NCBI RefSeq assembly: GCF_001194135.2
Contig: NC_068990.1
Span: forward strand, 50,156,736-50,206,439
Length of the DNA: 49,704 bases
Direction: 5' to 3'
Source of the DNA: Octopus bimaculoides
Taxonomy: Eukaryota
Made by a program: the position numbers and the translations under genes. Every line of letters begins with the position of its first letter. The first letter of the stretch is position 1. This document shows positions 37,331 to 48,737 of this stretch, piece by piece. The notes beneath the pieces are model-generated. The model had not been told where the DNA came from. It searched no databases and saw nothing but the letters and a program-made list of their open reading frames with translations.

Positions 37331-37919
37331 ATTCCCCACCATATTTCATCCCTGAACACCCATCACTTCTCAATCACCTGAGAGCAAAATAAGCATGTAC
37401 TACATTCCCCAGCTTTCTTAGTTACTTTTCTTTCCCCACCCTGAACCAGTTCCATTTCCTATTATCTTCCCCCATGACTCCACCAATCACTTCCTTTCTG
37501 TGCCTTCTCTCCTCTGTACTGTTCACATCATTCACATCTTACTTATCTACTATCACCCTTAATGTCAATACATATCTATGCAACTTCCAACCTTGAGTCT
37601 CTCCTATATTTCTCTCCATCATTTGCTGTTGTCAGTTCTTTTCTGTCCATTCACCCAGTTCAAACTTTTGTATTACTTCACTTATTTGCACCACACTCAA
37701 ATATCCCTCAAGAGCATGATTCAACAATTTTTGCCATCATTTCTCTCACTATCACTCTCTGACTCACTTGCTTTCTTCATCTCACTCTCTAACTCACTCT
37801 CCTTTCTTATCAACTGGGGTATCCATGTATCTACTACAACAAGATATATATCTCTGTCCTTCTATACCTTTAATCTCTCAACAGGAACAAACCTCCACCT
37901 CAACATTATTTTCCTTCCC

Positions 37920-38170
37920 AGTTGACAGGTTTTTATCTTGCAAGGTACTTGGTGATGTTGTCAAAAATGGTACCATGTGAAAAGCAGTGCTGGTGTCATC
38001 TAAAAAGCACCCACTACATCCTGTAAGGTGGTTGGCATAAGATAGGGCATCCAGCTGTAGAAACCATTCCAAAAGAGAAACTGAAGTCTGGTGCAGCTCC
38101 TGGCCTTGCCAGCTCTTTGCCTTAACAGCTCCTGTCAAACTGTCCAACCCATGACAGCATGGAAAACAAA
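37920..38170 (+). mobile_element. SINE 3' module (RTE-type tail)
   Basis: aaaaagcacccactacatcctgtaaggtggttggc..gggcatccagctgtagaaacc..ccaacccatgacagcatggaaa. Confidence 0.7.
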
Positions 38171-38344
38171 CTTATAGTGGATGGGTTTCTTTCAGTTTCT
38201 GTCTACCACATTTACTCATAAGGCCTTAGTTGGCTCTGGACAATAGAAGACATGCTCAAGGTGCCTATTTGCGCCTGTATATGTGTGTATGTGTGTGTGT
38301 GTGTGTGTGTGTACATATACATGTGTATATATATATGTGTGTGT

Positions 38345-38527
38345 GTGGGCATCGGTACCATTTTCCTTTTTCTCCGTTCTTCCATTCTCCGAACTTTCCA
38401 TCTTTCCGACGAAGGGCTACCCCCGAAACGTCATACACTCTCTCTTTCCTTTCCTGAGCGTCCAATAATACTATCCATATCACGTCCTCACTTTGTTGTT
38501 TTTTTGTTTTTTTGTTATTGTTTTTTG

Positions 38528-38530
<3 letters not shown>
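38345..38530 (+). repeat. Dispersed repeat carrying a hammerhead-like motif (copy 1)
   Basis: Reverse-complement homolog of 49190-49395. Core CCGACGA-A-GGG-ctacc-CCC-GAAAC-GTC at 38406-38432. Confidence 0.6.
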
Positions 38531-38578
<48 letters not shown>

Positions 38579-38674
38579 AAATTCAATAATAGGATAAAGT
38601 CTTTTATAAGAATTTATCAAGTAGCTAGCATGAAAAAACCTCATAAGGGAAAAATCCATCATTTATTCCCTAAA

Positions 38675-38894
38675 ATATATTTATTTATATAAGGGCATTA
38701 CTATACATGAATGCCTCACGCTAAGAAGGACTCTAAGGTCAAACTACCATAATAAACACATTTTTATAGTTTAGTCTGTTTTTGAGAGTTGCATTTCCTC
38801 GTGTTCAGTAAAAATGTGTTTATTATGGTAGTTTGACCTTAGAGTCCCTCTTAGCGTAAGGCATTCATGTATAGTAATGCCCTTATATAAATAA

Positions 38895-38900
<6 letters not shown>
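38675..38900. mobile_element. MITE-like fold-back, 91-bp arms
   Basis: 38675-38765 is the reverse complement of 38810-38900 with 2 substitutions and 1 indel; 44-bp spacer. Confidence 0.8.
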
Positions 38901-38943
<43 letters not shown>

Positions 38944-39004
38944 CACACACACGCAAACACTCTCTCATACATACACATGCATACTTAAATATACGTCTAA
39001 GGTG

Positions 39005-39200
39005 GCAAGCTTGCTGAATCATTAGCACACCAGACAGATTGCCCAGTGGCATATCTTGTCTTCACAGAGTTCAAATAGCACTAAGGTCAACTTTGCCTTC
39101 CATCCTTTTGCAGTTGATGAAATAAGAACCAGATGAACACTGGCGTTAATGTAATTGACTACCACCATCCCCATAAAATTTCAGCCCTTGTGCCTTTTAA
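39005..39200 (+). mobile_element. SINE (gtcaactttgccttccatcctt..gttgatgaaataag central block)
   Basis: tRNA-like head remnant ggcaagcttgctgaatcattagcac..gagttcaaatagc followed by a conserved SINE-like central block and (CA)n. Confidence 0.55.
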
Positions 39201-39206
39201 TAAAGA

Positions 39207-39254
<48 letters not shown>

Positions 39255-41060
39255 CAGAGTAGAGAAAATTGAAAACACAAATCATTGGCAGTCAAACAGA
39301 TTCCCGAATGCATAAATGAAAACATTCAATGCATATTTATACACATCAACATAAATCATGCATGTACAGGAATGAAGATTCTCCAAGGGTATAAAGAATA
39401 AAACCAAACATACATAAAAACATAAATATATAAAAATACATATAAAATTACATATAAATAAAATTTACATGTAAGGAGTCATGTGTGATAAAAAAAGAGG
39501 TTGATAAATCTTAATATATAAAACTGAAGTTGTGTGTCTGTGTGAAGCCTTTTTAAAAGTTTATAGAAATCCACATTTTCCACTTTTTTGTAAAATTTTT
39601 TACATCAATGGAATTTTCTCGATGTGAACTTTCCAGTGTAGTAATTAGATTTTTTAAATTCCGTTTACTTTGTGTGATTTAAGGGAGATTTGGCTGTTGT
39701 TTTTAGCAACTTTTATATTTCTTCCCTTCTACCTGGAACGCCGTTCTTACACACGCGCTCAAAATAAAAATATAGAGACTAAGAGTAAAAGAGGGAAAGG
39801 GAGAGAGAGAGAAAGTGATACATACATAGTCATAGATTAAACTTTCATCTCAGTATTCTTTACCTATTTTTCATANNNNNNNNNNNNNNNNNNNNNNNNN
39901 NNNNNNNNNNNNNNNNNNNNNNNNNNNNNNNNNNNNNNNNNNNNNNNNNNNNNNNNNNNNNNNNNNNNNNNNNNNNNNNNNNNNNNNNNNNNNNNNNNNN
40001 NNNNNNNNNNNNNNNNNNNNNNNNNNNNNNNNNNNNNNNNNNNNNNNNNNNNNNNNNNNNNNNNNNNNNNNNNNNNNNNNNNNNNNNNNNNNNNNNNNNN
40101 NNNNNNNNNNNNNNNNNNNNNNNNNNNNNNNNNNNNNNNNNNNNNNNNNNNNNNNNNNNNNNNNNNNNNNNNNNNNNNNNNNNNNNNNNNNNNNNNNNNN
40201 NNNNNNNNNNNNNNNNNNNNNNNNNNNNNNNNNNNNNNNNNNNNNNNNNNNNNNNNNNNNNNNNNNNNNNNNNNNNNNNNNNNNNNNNNNNNNNNNNNNN
40301 NNNNNNNNNNNNNNNNNNNNNNNNNNNNNNNNNNNNNNNNNNNNNNNNNNNNNNNNNNNNNNNNNNNNNNNNNNNNNNNNNNNNNNNNNNNNNNNNNNNN
40401 NNNNNNNNNNNNNNNNNNNNNNNNNNNNNNNNNNNNNNNNNNNNNNNNNNNNNNNNNNNNNNNNNNNNNNNNNNNNNNNNNNNNNNNNNNNNNNNNNNNN
40501 NNNNNNNNNNNNNNNNNNNNNNNNNNNNNNNNNNNNNNNNNNNNNNNNNNNNNNNNNNNNNNNNNNNNNNNNNNNNNNNNNNNNNNNNNNNNNNNNNNNN
40601 NNNNNNNNNNNNNNNNNNNNNNNNNNNNNNNNNNNNNNNNNNNNNNNNNNNNNNNNNNNNNNNNNNNNNNNNNNNNNNNNNNNNNNNNNNNNNNNNNNNN
40701 NNNNNNNNNNNNTATATATATATATAGATATATATATACATACACACACACACATATATATATGTGTTTGTGATTGTGGATGTGTGCATGCTTATTTGCA
40801 TTTCTGAGAAAGCTGAAACTGGTGTTCTCAATAACGTTAATAACATCTCATTTCAAAGACCTGCAAAATAAGTTCTTCTTTAATTGGAAAAAAAAAAAAG
40901 AAGGGTTACTGTCAGGGAGGGCCATCATGGAAAAACAGATCAACAAGAAAGAAAAAATATACATACATGTATATATTTATATTTATAATTATATATATAT
41001 ATATGTGTGTGTTACATGAAACAATAATATGTTGTAAAGAAAAGAGTTTAATATTTCATA

Positions 41061-41268
41061 TACGAGGGGATGCTGAAAAGTTCCTGGCTTTAAGGGTAAA
41101 TTGGAGGTCCAACCCGCCAAGTTCATTTACAGAGCTTAGAAAAACTGAAGGACCACTGTAATGTGTGTGAATCTGAGAGGGGAATATGTTGAATAAAATC
41201 ATAATTAACTGATCTTCCTATATATTTTCTTTTACCCAAAGCCAGGAACTTTTCAGCACCCACTTGTA
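41061..41268 (+). mobile_element. mariner-derived MITE (208 bp)
   Basis: TIRs tacgaggggatgctgaaaagttcctggcttt / revcomp tacaagtgggtgctgaaaagttcctggcttt. Interior retains mariner C-terminal codons CVNLRGEYVE*. Confidence 0.85.
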
Positions 41269-41799
41269 TATATGTGTGAGTGTATGTGTGTGTAAAATTG
41301 AAGAATATAATTTACAATAACAATTTGCAGTTTCATTTTGATTGAAATACCAGTGTATTCAGAACAAGACTTCTCACTACGATTCACCTGCATAGAGCAT
41401 CTCTAACTGTCACTCACACCCACTCCAGTTGTTTCTATAGAAATTATAGCCAGCACTGATTTATTACGATGTTTCATATCCAAATATGCTTAATATAAAC
41501 AACATAAGTCAATACTGTGTTAGCAATGCTATTAAATCACTAGTTGAGCTTATCTCTACAGATTTTCTATCGAAATTATAGCCAGCATGTAACAAATCAG
41601 TGCTGGATATAATTTCTGCAGAAAATCTGTAGAGACAACCTTAACTAGTGATTTAATAGCATTGCCAATGCAGTAGAACACATTAGGCATATTGAGATAC
41701 AAAACTTCATAGTCACAGACAGTGAAGTCAACCTGCCTAGGAGAACAACAACTCTGAATAAAAACTGACACAATGTAGAAAAGTAAATCTAGCAAAAAT

Positions 41800-42320
41800 A
41801 GAAGTTTTGTCAAGAAAGCACTTTACTGCCATCTGGTAAGTGACTATGCTTGATATGCAGAGAAAGAGTCAGTAGGAAATTCATATGGTACACCAAATAT
41901 AAAGTATGGATGCACAAGATGTGTAATAGGATCACAGGTGAAACTTGGACACTAAATTCAAAGAATGTAAAAAGGCTGGAAAGCAATGAGGCACTGAATG
42001 TGTAATTTTAGTGTGCATGAATAAGAGAGCACAAATGAGCTGAAAGAAAGACATGGTATTCATGAAATCAAATATGGTGTGCAAAACATGTAATGCATAT
42101 GGAAGATGACAGGTAAAGAAGGTTTAAGATATCCAAGTGGATGAAACCTACAGAAGAGGAAAACATATGAAGAAATATTGAATGCTGATCCCAAGATACT
42201 GAACTTCACAATGGAAGTGCTGCGTGACTATGACAAGTGGTGAGATGCTATGCTGGAGAAAACCTGTCCAGCTTATGAAAGCATAATTAAATGGGTGCAT
42301 GTTGTTGGCAGTGATGATTT
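41800..42320 (+). mobile_element. Old RTE LINE 3' relic
   Basis: ctgccatctggtaagtg.., ggtgaaacttggacactaaat..aggctggaaagcaatgaggc (GETWTLN..RLESNE) parallel the other RTE copies. Confidence 0.55.
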
Positions 42321-42458
42321 GTTTAAGAATATGCAGTATGCCAACAAAGTATTAAAAAGAATATGTGAGCATAAGATACACTCTAAAGTCATATTTAAAT
42401 TGTAGAAATTTGAAGTACAGAAAGTGAGTTTGAGCCAGATTCACCACCAAAAAATTTC

Positions 42459-42615
42459 TTATTACTCCGTACGCGTAAGTAAAAGTAGGGTATTGTAATC
42501 ACTTGTCTTTGTCTGTGTGTTTGCAAAATTACTGGAAAATGGTAGAACAGATTTTCACCAAATTTGGCAGAAATACTCACTGGGCTTGAAATGATGAAAA
42601 TTCAGTTTGATTATC
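42459..42615 (+). mobile_element. Helentron-associated (HINE/DINE-1-like) element 5' part
   Basis: ttattactccgtacgcgtaagtaaaagtagggtat resembles the DINE-1 start (TTATACCCGTTACTCGTAGAGTAAAAGGGTAT, recalled), followed by (gtct)-like repeat and gattttcaccaaatttggc. Confidence 0.5.
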
Positions 42616-43540
42616 TTCAAACATACATAAATGCATGCATAGACATGTGACTGTGTATGCATGTGTGTGTGTGTGTGTGTGCACGCGTGCGTGTGTGCAT
42701 GCATGTGTGTACAGTGATGGATTCGAGGGTTTTGTTTATTTACGAATTGATTTCTTAATTTCACCGGAGTATAAATACCTATAATGGTTATACTTAAAAA
42801 AAAAAGTTAAAAAATCAAATTTACAAATTTCCTGAAAAGTAAGTGGTCATATTATTTATATCCTACAACAAACTACAGTACATTTGATTCACCTGCCATC
42901 ATTGAATGACGTTCAAAACATTTCTCAAATTCTATGCAATATTTACTATAAGTATTTCATTTTGTTCATTTTCTTTTTCCTATGGATCAACCCTCATCTG
43001 TGTGTGTATAGATCATGGGGTACCTATGTGCATGGACATGTGTGGATACATACATAACTACGTGACTCTGTGTGTGTGCGTGCGCGCGCGCGCGTGTGTA
43101 CAGTGGTGGATTCAAGGGTTTTGTTTATTTACGAGTTGATTTCTTAAATTCACCAGAGTATAATAATGGTGATACTTATAAAAAAAAAAAAAATCATCCA
43201 ACTTACAAATTTCCTGATAAGTTTAATCAAACATTTACGAAGCTTAATTCAGTTAAATTAAAAAGCATGGGTAAGCAACATATTGTAATCCACACTATAA
43301 TTTGCAAACAAATTTATCTGTGTCCCTCTGATGTCTTTTTTTTCATTCTTAAGATTTAATATTAAAATGTTATTCATAAAATAAATCTCAGTGTCCTTGT
43401 TCTTCAAAGATATCAATCAATATCTTAACAAAAAAGGGACATGAAAGCAATAACAGTTTAACTCCACCAGCTTTTACAACTAGTTCAAACAAATTACATA
43501 GTAAAAATGCTAATTTTAGATTAAAAAAATAATTACTTAC

Positions 43541-43608
43541 CTTTTCCTAGATTCTAAAATTAGTCCACATATACTATAGTAATCAGCAGCAAAAGACCCT
43601 ACTAATTC
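43541..43608 (-). CDS. ANKRD13C: ANKRD13C-like coding exon (68 nt): ELVGSFAADYYSICGLILESRK(R)
   Basis: Hand translation matches ANKRD13C ERVGNFLADFYLVNGLVLESRKR. Acceptor CAG at 43611-43609, donor GTAAG at 43540-43536. Ends in phase 2 (AG), completed by A of the next exon. Confidence 0.88.
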
Positions 43609-44212
43609 CTGTAACAAGAGATAATAAATTTATAGCACAAATACAAGCACAACTGATTTGTTTCTAAAATTAACATGAGAAGATGAATTAACTATAAATA
43701 TTTAAACCAACTCATTCTGAGAAACTGCTTCCAAATTTCCCTATGGTTTCTTAGAAAACTGTTAAGTTCTAAAATATGTGAATAACAAGTAATAATAAAA
43801 GACTTACTAAAAAAAAAAACCCCAAAGATAACATTTTAAGAGATTTGAAGAAGAAAGAAATTATCCTTGATAAAGGAAATAAAATAGCTACAAAACATTC
43901 AGAAATATCTTTTAGGATATTGTTTAATAATTGAATTATGCAAGAGTGGCTTGATATATCCACCATACAAAATACAATTATAGTTGTAAAATACTGCTTT
44001 ACATCTTCACAACATTTATAAGAATATGGGATAAATAAGAGAAGAATTAAAATGACATAGCAACAAAGTTTCTCACAAGGTAAATAGAAAAATGTGTTAT
44101 TACTGTTTTATGTCCTTCAGAATGTAGAACACTAACTCTCCATTAATGACAAATGTATTTTCAGTTGATTGTATAGAATACTGAAATCAACTTTTCTCAA
44201 ACATTTGTTTAA

Positions 44213-44391
44213 CCCTTTTCTACCTGTTCTATGTTCAAACCAGCCAGATCTAGCTTCTCATGTCTACCCTACAATGTCATTCTAAAAATAAGGAATCAAA
44301 ATTTTGAAGCTGTAAGATAATACATGATAAATTCAAAACAATGTGAATAAATAAGCATTACATTTGACTGTGTAATTTGAATGTTAAAGGG
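44213..44391. mobile_element. TTAA-flanked MITE, piggyBac-type ends
   Basis: TTAA|CCCTTT at 44209-44218 and AAAGGG|TTAA at 44386-44395. TIR only 6 bp. Confidence 0.55.
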
Positions 44392-44519
44392 TTAACTAAA
44401 GATAGATACATCATCATTATTTTATGTCCATGGTCTTGACACAATCAGATGGTTCCCAAGGACTGTATCTGAGCTTCAATGTTTGCTTTGGCATGGGTTC
44501 TACAACAGAGAGTCTCATA

Positions 44520-44895
44520 AGAGTCCACTTTGGGCAGGTATTTTCTACTATATCCCTGGGCTGATTAAAGTCTTGTGAGTGGGGCTGGCAAAACAAAAAC
44601 TCAAAGAAGCCCATCATATTCACATATTTGCATATATGTGTGTGCATGCATGTGTGTATTTGTGTCACCTTGTCTTGACATTACATGATAGTTGTAAATG
44701 AGTGTTACTGTTGTACAAGCAGTGTGCCCCATTTCCAATCTTCCACGAAAACATTTCCAGTCATAGGGAAATATCACCTTGTTTAGAAACATGTATAAGT
44801 TAAGGACAGGAAGTGTATCTGACCATAGAAAACCTGCTTTGACAGATTCTGTTTAACTCATGCCAGCATAAAAATGTGGATGCTAAAACAAAATG
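44520..44895 (+). mobile_element. SINE with RTE-type tail
   Basis: ttgggcagg..ttctactata..aaagtcttgtgagtgg..aaagaagccc block shared with the 33415 SINE; 3' end catgccagcataaaaatgtggatgctaaa. Confidence 0.6.
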
Positions 44896-45235
44896 AAATG
44901 GACAAAGCAATATGTCATTTTTTTACTTGTTATCTTCTAGATTGATGTTTCATAACTTTTCTTTTTCTGAAATAATTGACATATGCATCTTTCGCAATTT
45001 ATCATTAATGTGCTAGATCTTATTATAAATGTAGAACTTCAATGGGCCTCCAATTAAATTATTTACCACTGAAGGTGTACTTGCAACTGATGCTCCTCAA
45101 AGTCAATTTATCCTGTTGATGCAATTTTCCACAATTATCTTGTGGTTATATTTGAACTGAGTCAAAACAAATGTTATACTTCAGAATTTTAGAAATTAAA
45201 TACCTAAAAGAAAACTTTAAATGTACATCAAATTG

Positions 45236-45318
<83 letters not shown>

Positions 45319-45321
45319 TAT

Positions 45322-47110
45322 AAGCACCCCACACACAACCCCCATCTCGAAAAATTTGAAGCAGATATGATTAATTTAATTAGAAACATTAAATTCTCCA
45401 AATATAAATCTTCCTTTCAAAAAAGGCTCTGACACACTATAAAATGAATCACTGCATCCCCCAAATTACATGTCTTCTCAGATAAAACAGGAAATATGTA
45501 CCCATTACCATTGAGGAATACAATAAATTCATAGAGAAGGAACTCAACAACTCCTACAAGCCGGCTCCAACAGCTGCCCTAAATGACATCAACACTAAAC
45601 ACTGCAAATTTATGAGGAAATTACAAGTGGATGACCAAACCAAACCATAGTGCCCTACACCTCTATGCTTCAACCTCAAGGATCACAAGAAGGACTTTAT
45701 TACCAAACCTTCAATACGCCTAATATGCCCCACCAAATCTGACCTAGGAAGGGTAAGCAAAAATATTTTAGACAAAATAATACGTATCGTCAAGGAGAGA
45801 TTAAATGTCAACTATGGTCCCATATAGGTGAAGTTATTACTTGGTTCCATCTATTAAACAACAAAAACTCTTATTCCTTCCTACAATTCGACATAAAAAT
45901 TACTACTCTTCTAAACTTCTAAATCAAGCTCTTCTTCTAGCTAAGAACCTTACAAACCTAACCCCACTAGAAATTAACATAATCTTTAATGCCAACAAAA
46001 CCCTTATTTCGTTTGAGGACAAACTCAGGTGTCGGGCCAATCACCATAACAATAACCATAGCAACTTATTTGACATTACCATGGGATCATCTGATTCCGC
46101 CCAGGTTACTAACCTGGTTGGACTATATATATATATACTCTACCAGCTCCAAATACATTTCACTAACATCAAGGGAGGCCTCTACAGGGATGACGCCTTG
46201 CTAGTGACCAAAAGCATAAATAAATCCTCCTTGGAAAGAACTAGAAAGGATCTGCATAAATTCTTCTCTAACCTAAACCTATCACATTTGAAAATGCTCA
46301 CAAAACTTCTAACTTTCTAGACGTAATTCTAAACTTATCAACCTCCCAATACTCGCCTTATCACAAACCTAACCAATGTCTTAAATACCTTAACATTCAT
46401 TCCAATCACCACAAATCCACTTTTGATAACATAATCAAGGGTATCTCAACCTGTATATCCAACCTCTCTTCCACTGAAGATATTTTCAATAACCACGCAC
46501 CATATTACAATCAAGCACTCACCACTAGTGGCTTCTTCTAACAAATAAAATACATCCATAACACCAGACTCAAACAATATATATCTCAAATCATATCTCA
46601 AAGACGCACCAACCATCATAATCGCAACCGACCACACACACACTCTTTGATAAAACCCTGGAGGATCTTACACCTAGACAACCTGGATCCCACATGCATA
46701 CATTTAACACTAGGTCAAGCACTAAAACAGCTAACAACAACAAACCTTGCCACCTCACTCCATTCTCCAAAAACGTAGATAGCACTACCAGATACCCTAA
46801 AAAAAGTGGTGGATGTTCTATTCTGTGGTACACACCAGCCTTCTCACTTAACATTAAGAACTTAGCTATAAGATATAATGTAATTTACAAATGCACTGTC
46901 CTTAACACATTACTCAATTCTACAGCCATATACATAAGATCAACCATAAATTTTAAACGATATGCCGCACACCTCCATTTTTTCAGATACGATAAACATA
47001 GTAAATCTACAACACTTGTCAGTTACATACATTGTCTCAAAAATACAAATATACCCTATACTTTGTCATGGTCCATGAAACCACTAAGCACATGAAACCA
47101 CTACTTTTTT
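45322..47110 (+). mobile_element. Penelope-like element, RT plus C-terminal GIY-YIG, decayed
   Basis: LEKFEADMINLIRNIKF, DKTGNMY, KDHKKDFITKPSIRLICPTKSDLGRVSK, FDITMGSSDSAQVTNLVGLYI, GGLYRDDAL, FLDVILNL, ILWYTPAFSLN, then VIYKCTV..IYIRST..FKRYAAHLH.FR (GIY-YIG). Starts directly after (TA)n. Confidence 0.85.
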
Positions 47111-47436
47111 CATACATTCAAATTCTACTACAAAACCAAATGCCTAAATAACCATACAGTATATTTCCACAATACCCCTAGGTAATCCCTAATAACCTTA
47201 TGCATATACATTTTAACTTCTAATCCTTATCTAATTCCTCTTTCATACTTGAGGATCACAATTATTTAATTATATATGTATATATTGTGTATATATAGTT
47301 TTATATTTTTATTTTATATATACTTTATCTATAAGGCTCAATTTAATTTTAATTTTTTATAAATTGATTTTAATTGAGTTTTTTACCTGTAATTTTGGAT
47401 TTTGTCCCTAATAATATTATTATATTGTGTATATAT

Positions 47437-47523
<87 letters not shown>

Positions 47524-47734
47524 GTGTGTATATATATATACGTATCTATGTATGTATATATGTATGCATGGTGTATGTACATATATGTGCAGGTGTGATA
47601 ATACCTATGGATTACATGTTTGTATGAGTTTATGTATATATGTGCATGTGTATGTATGTGTTATATGTGTATATATATATATATATATATGGTGTGTGTG
47701 TATATATATGTATATATGTGTGTGTGTGTATATG

Positions 47735-47852
47735 TATTACTCTTTAACTTGTTTCAGTCATTTGACTGTGGCCATGCTGGAGCACCGCCTTTAGTTGAGC
47801 AAATCGATCCCAGGACTTATTCTTTGTAAGCCTAGTACTCATTCTGTCAGTA
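47735..47852 (-). mobile_element. SINE 3' tail fragment
   Basis: Reverse complement nearly identical to 33660-33775. Confidence 0.75.
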
Positions 47853-48123
47853 TGATTGTGTATAGAGGAATATATTATTTTGCTTAAAAGAGTTCCAACA
47901 CTGTCTGTTTTTTATGTTTTATTTATATTCCTGCAGAACTAATGTGGGGTATAGAATATGGAATATACAATATATAATATGATATACAATATACAATATA
48001 AAATAAAATAACATAAAAATGGATGGCACCCTGAAAGAAAGTATTGAATGTAGATGAAATATTGAGTGTTCAATATAAAGGATCAAATATATAAATATAT
48101 AAATATAAATATATATATATAAA

Positions 48124-48163
48124 GGCGACTCGAGTTTCAGGGCTATTTCCCTTCGTCATGGCC
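48124..48163 (-). ncRNA. Minimal hammerhead-ribozyme-like motif with palindromic stem III (variant core)
   Basis: Minus: GGC-C(A)TGACGA-AGGG aaatag CCCT-GAAAC TCGA GTC-GCC. Activity untested. Confidence 0.45.
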
Positions 48164-48198
48164 GGTATGACAGACTTTAACAGACTGTATATATATAT

Positions 48199-48526
48199 GC
48201 TTTCGGTGCTTTAAAGCTTATGCTGTTCACCGTGCAATGACTAACAAAAATAGTGTAATAACAGAAAAAAGATAGCTTTCCCATATGCGTGGGACACGAA
48301 CCCACATCCCTTTGTTAACATGAATAAGTGTGGTACCTTCACACACGAATAGGGAAGCCTTCTTTTTTCTGTCGAGTGCTTATATGCCTCATTATTAGAC
48401 TATTTTCCTTAGTCATTGCACGGTGAACACCATAAACTTTAATGTTATATAAAAATTCCATTATTATTATTATTTACAGGATTGTAAAATACGGCGTCAT
48501 ATAAGAAAACCATTTGCACCAAAAGC
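48199..48526. mobile_element. Fold-back element in (TA)n with nested inverted repeats and tRNA-like core
   Basis: Outer TIR gctttcggtgc / gcaccaaaagc; 50-bp arms 48212-48261 / 48392-48441 (45/50); inner arms 48262-48282 / 48352-48371. Confidence 0.75.
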
Positions 48527-48565
48527 ATATATATATATATATAGCTAATCACCTACACTTTTTTC

Positions 48566-48720
48566 TGCAAAATAGGGGTAGTTTATCCTGTCAGGCTATA
48601 TTATTAGCACTATCCTGTGATTGAGAATTTAAAATCACTTCTTTAACTTTCTAAGACATCTCAATGCTTCTAAAAGCAAACTTCGTTTGTTTGTTTACAT
48701 TTATCGTAATTTGAATTTAA
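48566..48720. mobile_element. Partial second copy of the 26-kb fold-back family (loop plus right arm)
   Basis: Same loop tgcaaaataggggtagt.tatcctgt; 48592-48720 is the reverse complement of 25988-26115. Confidence 0.75.
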
Positions 48721-48737
48721 TATATATATATATATAA

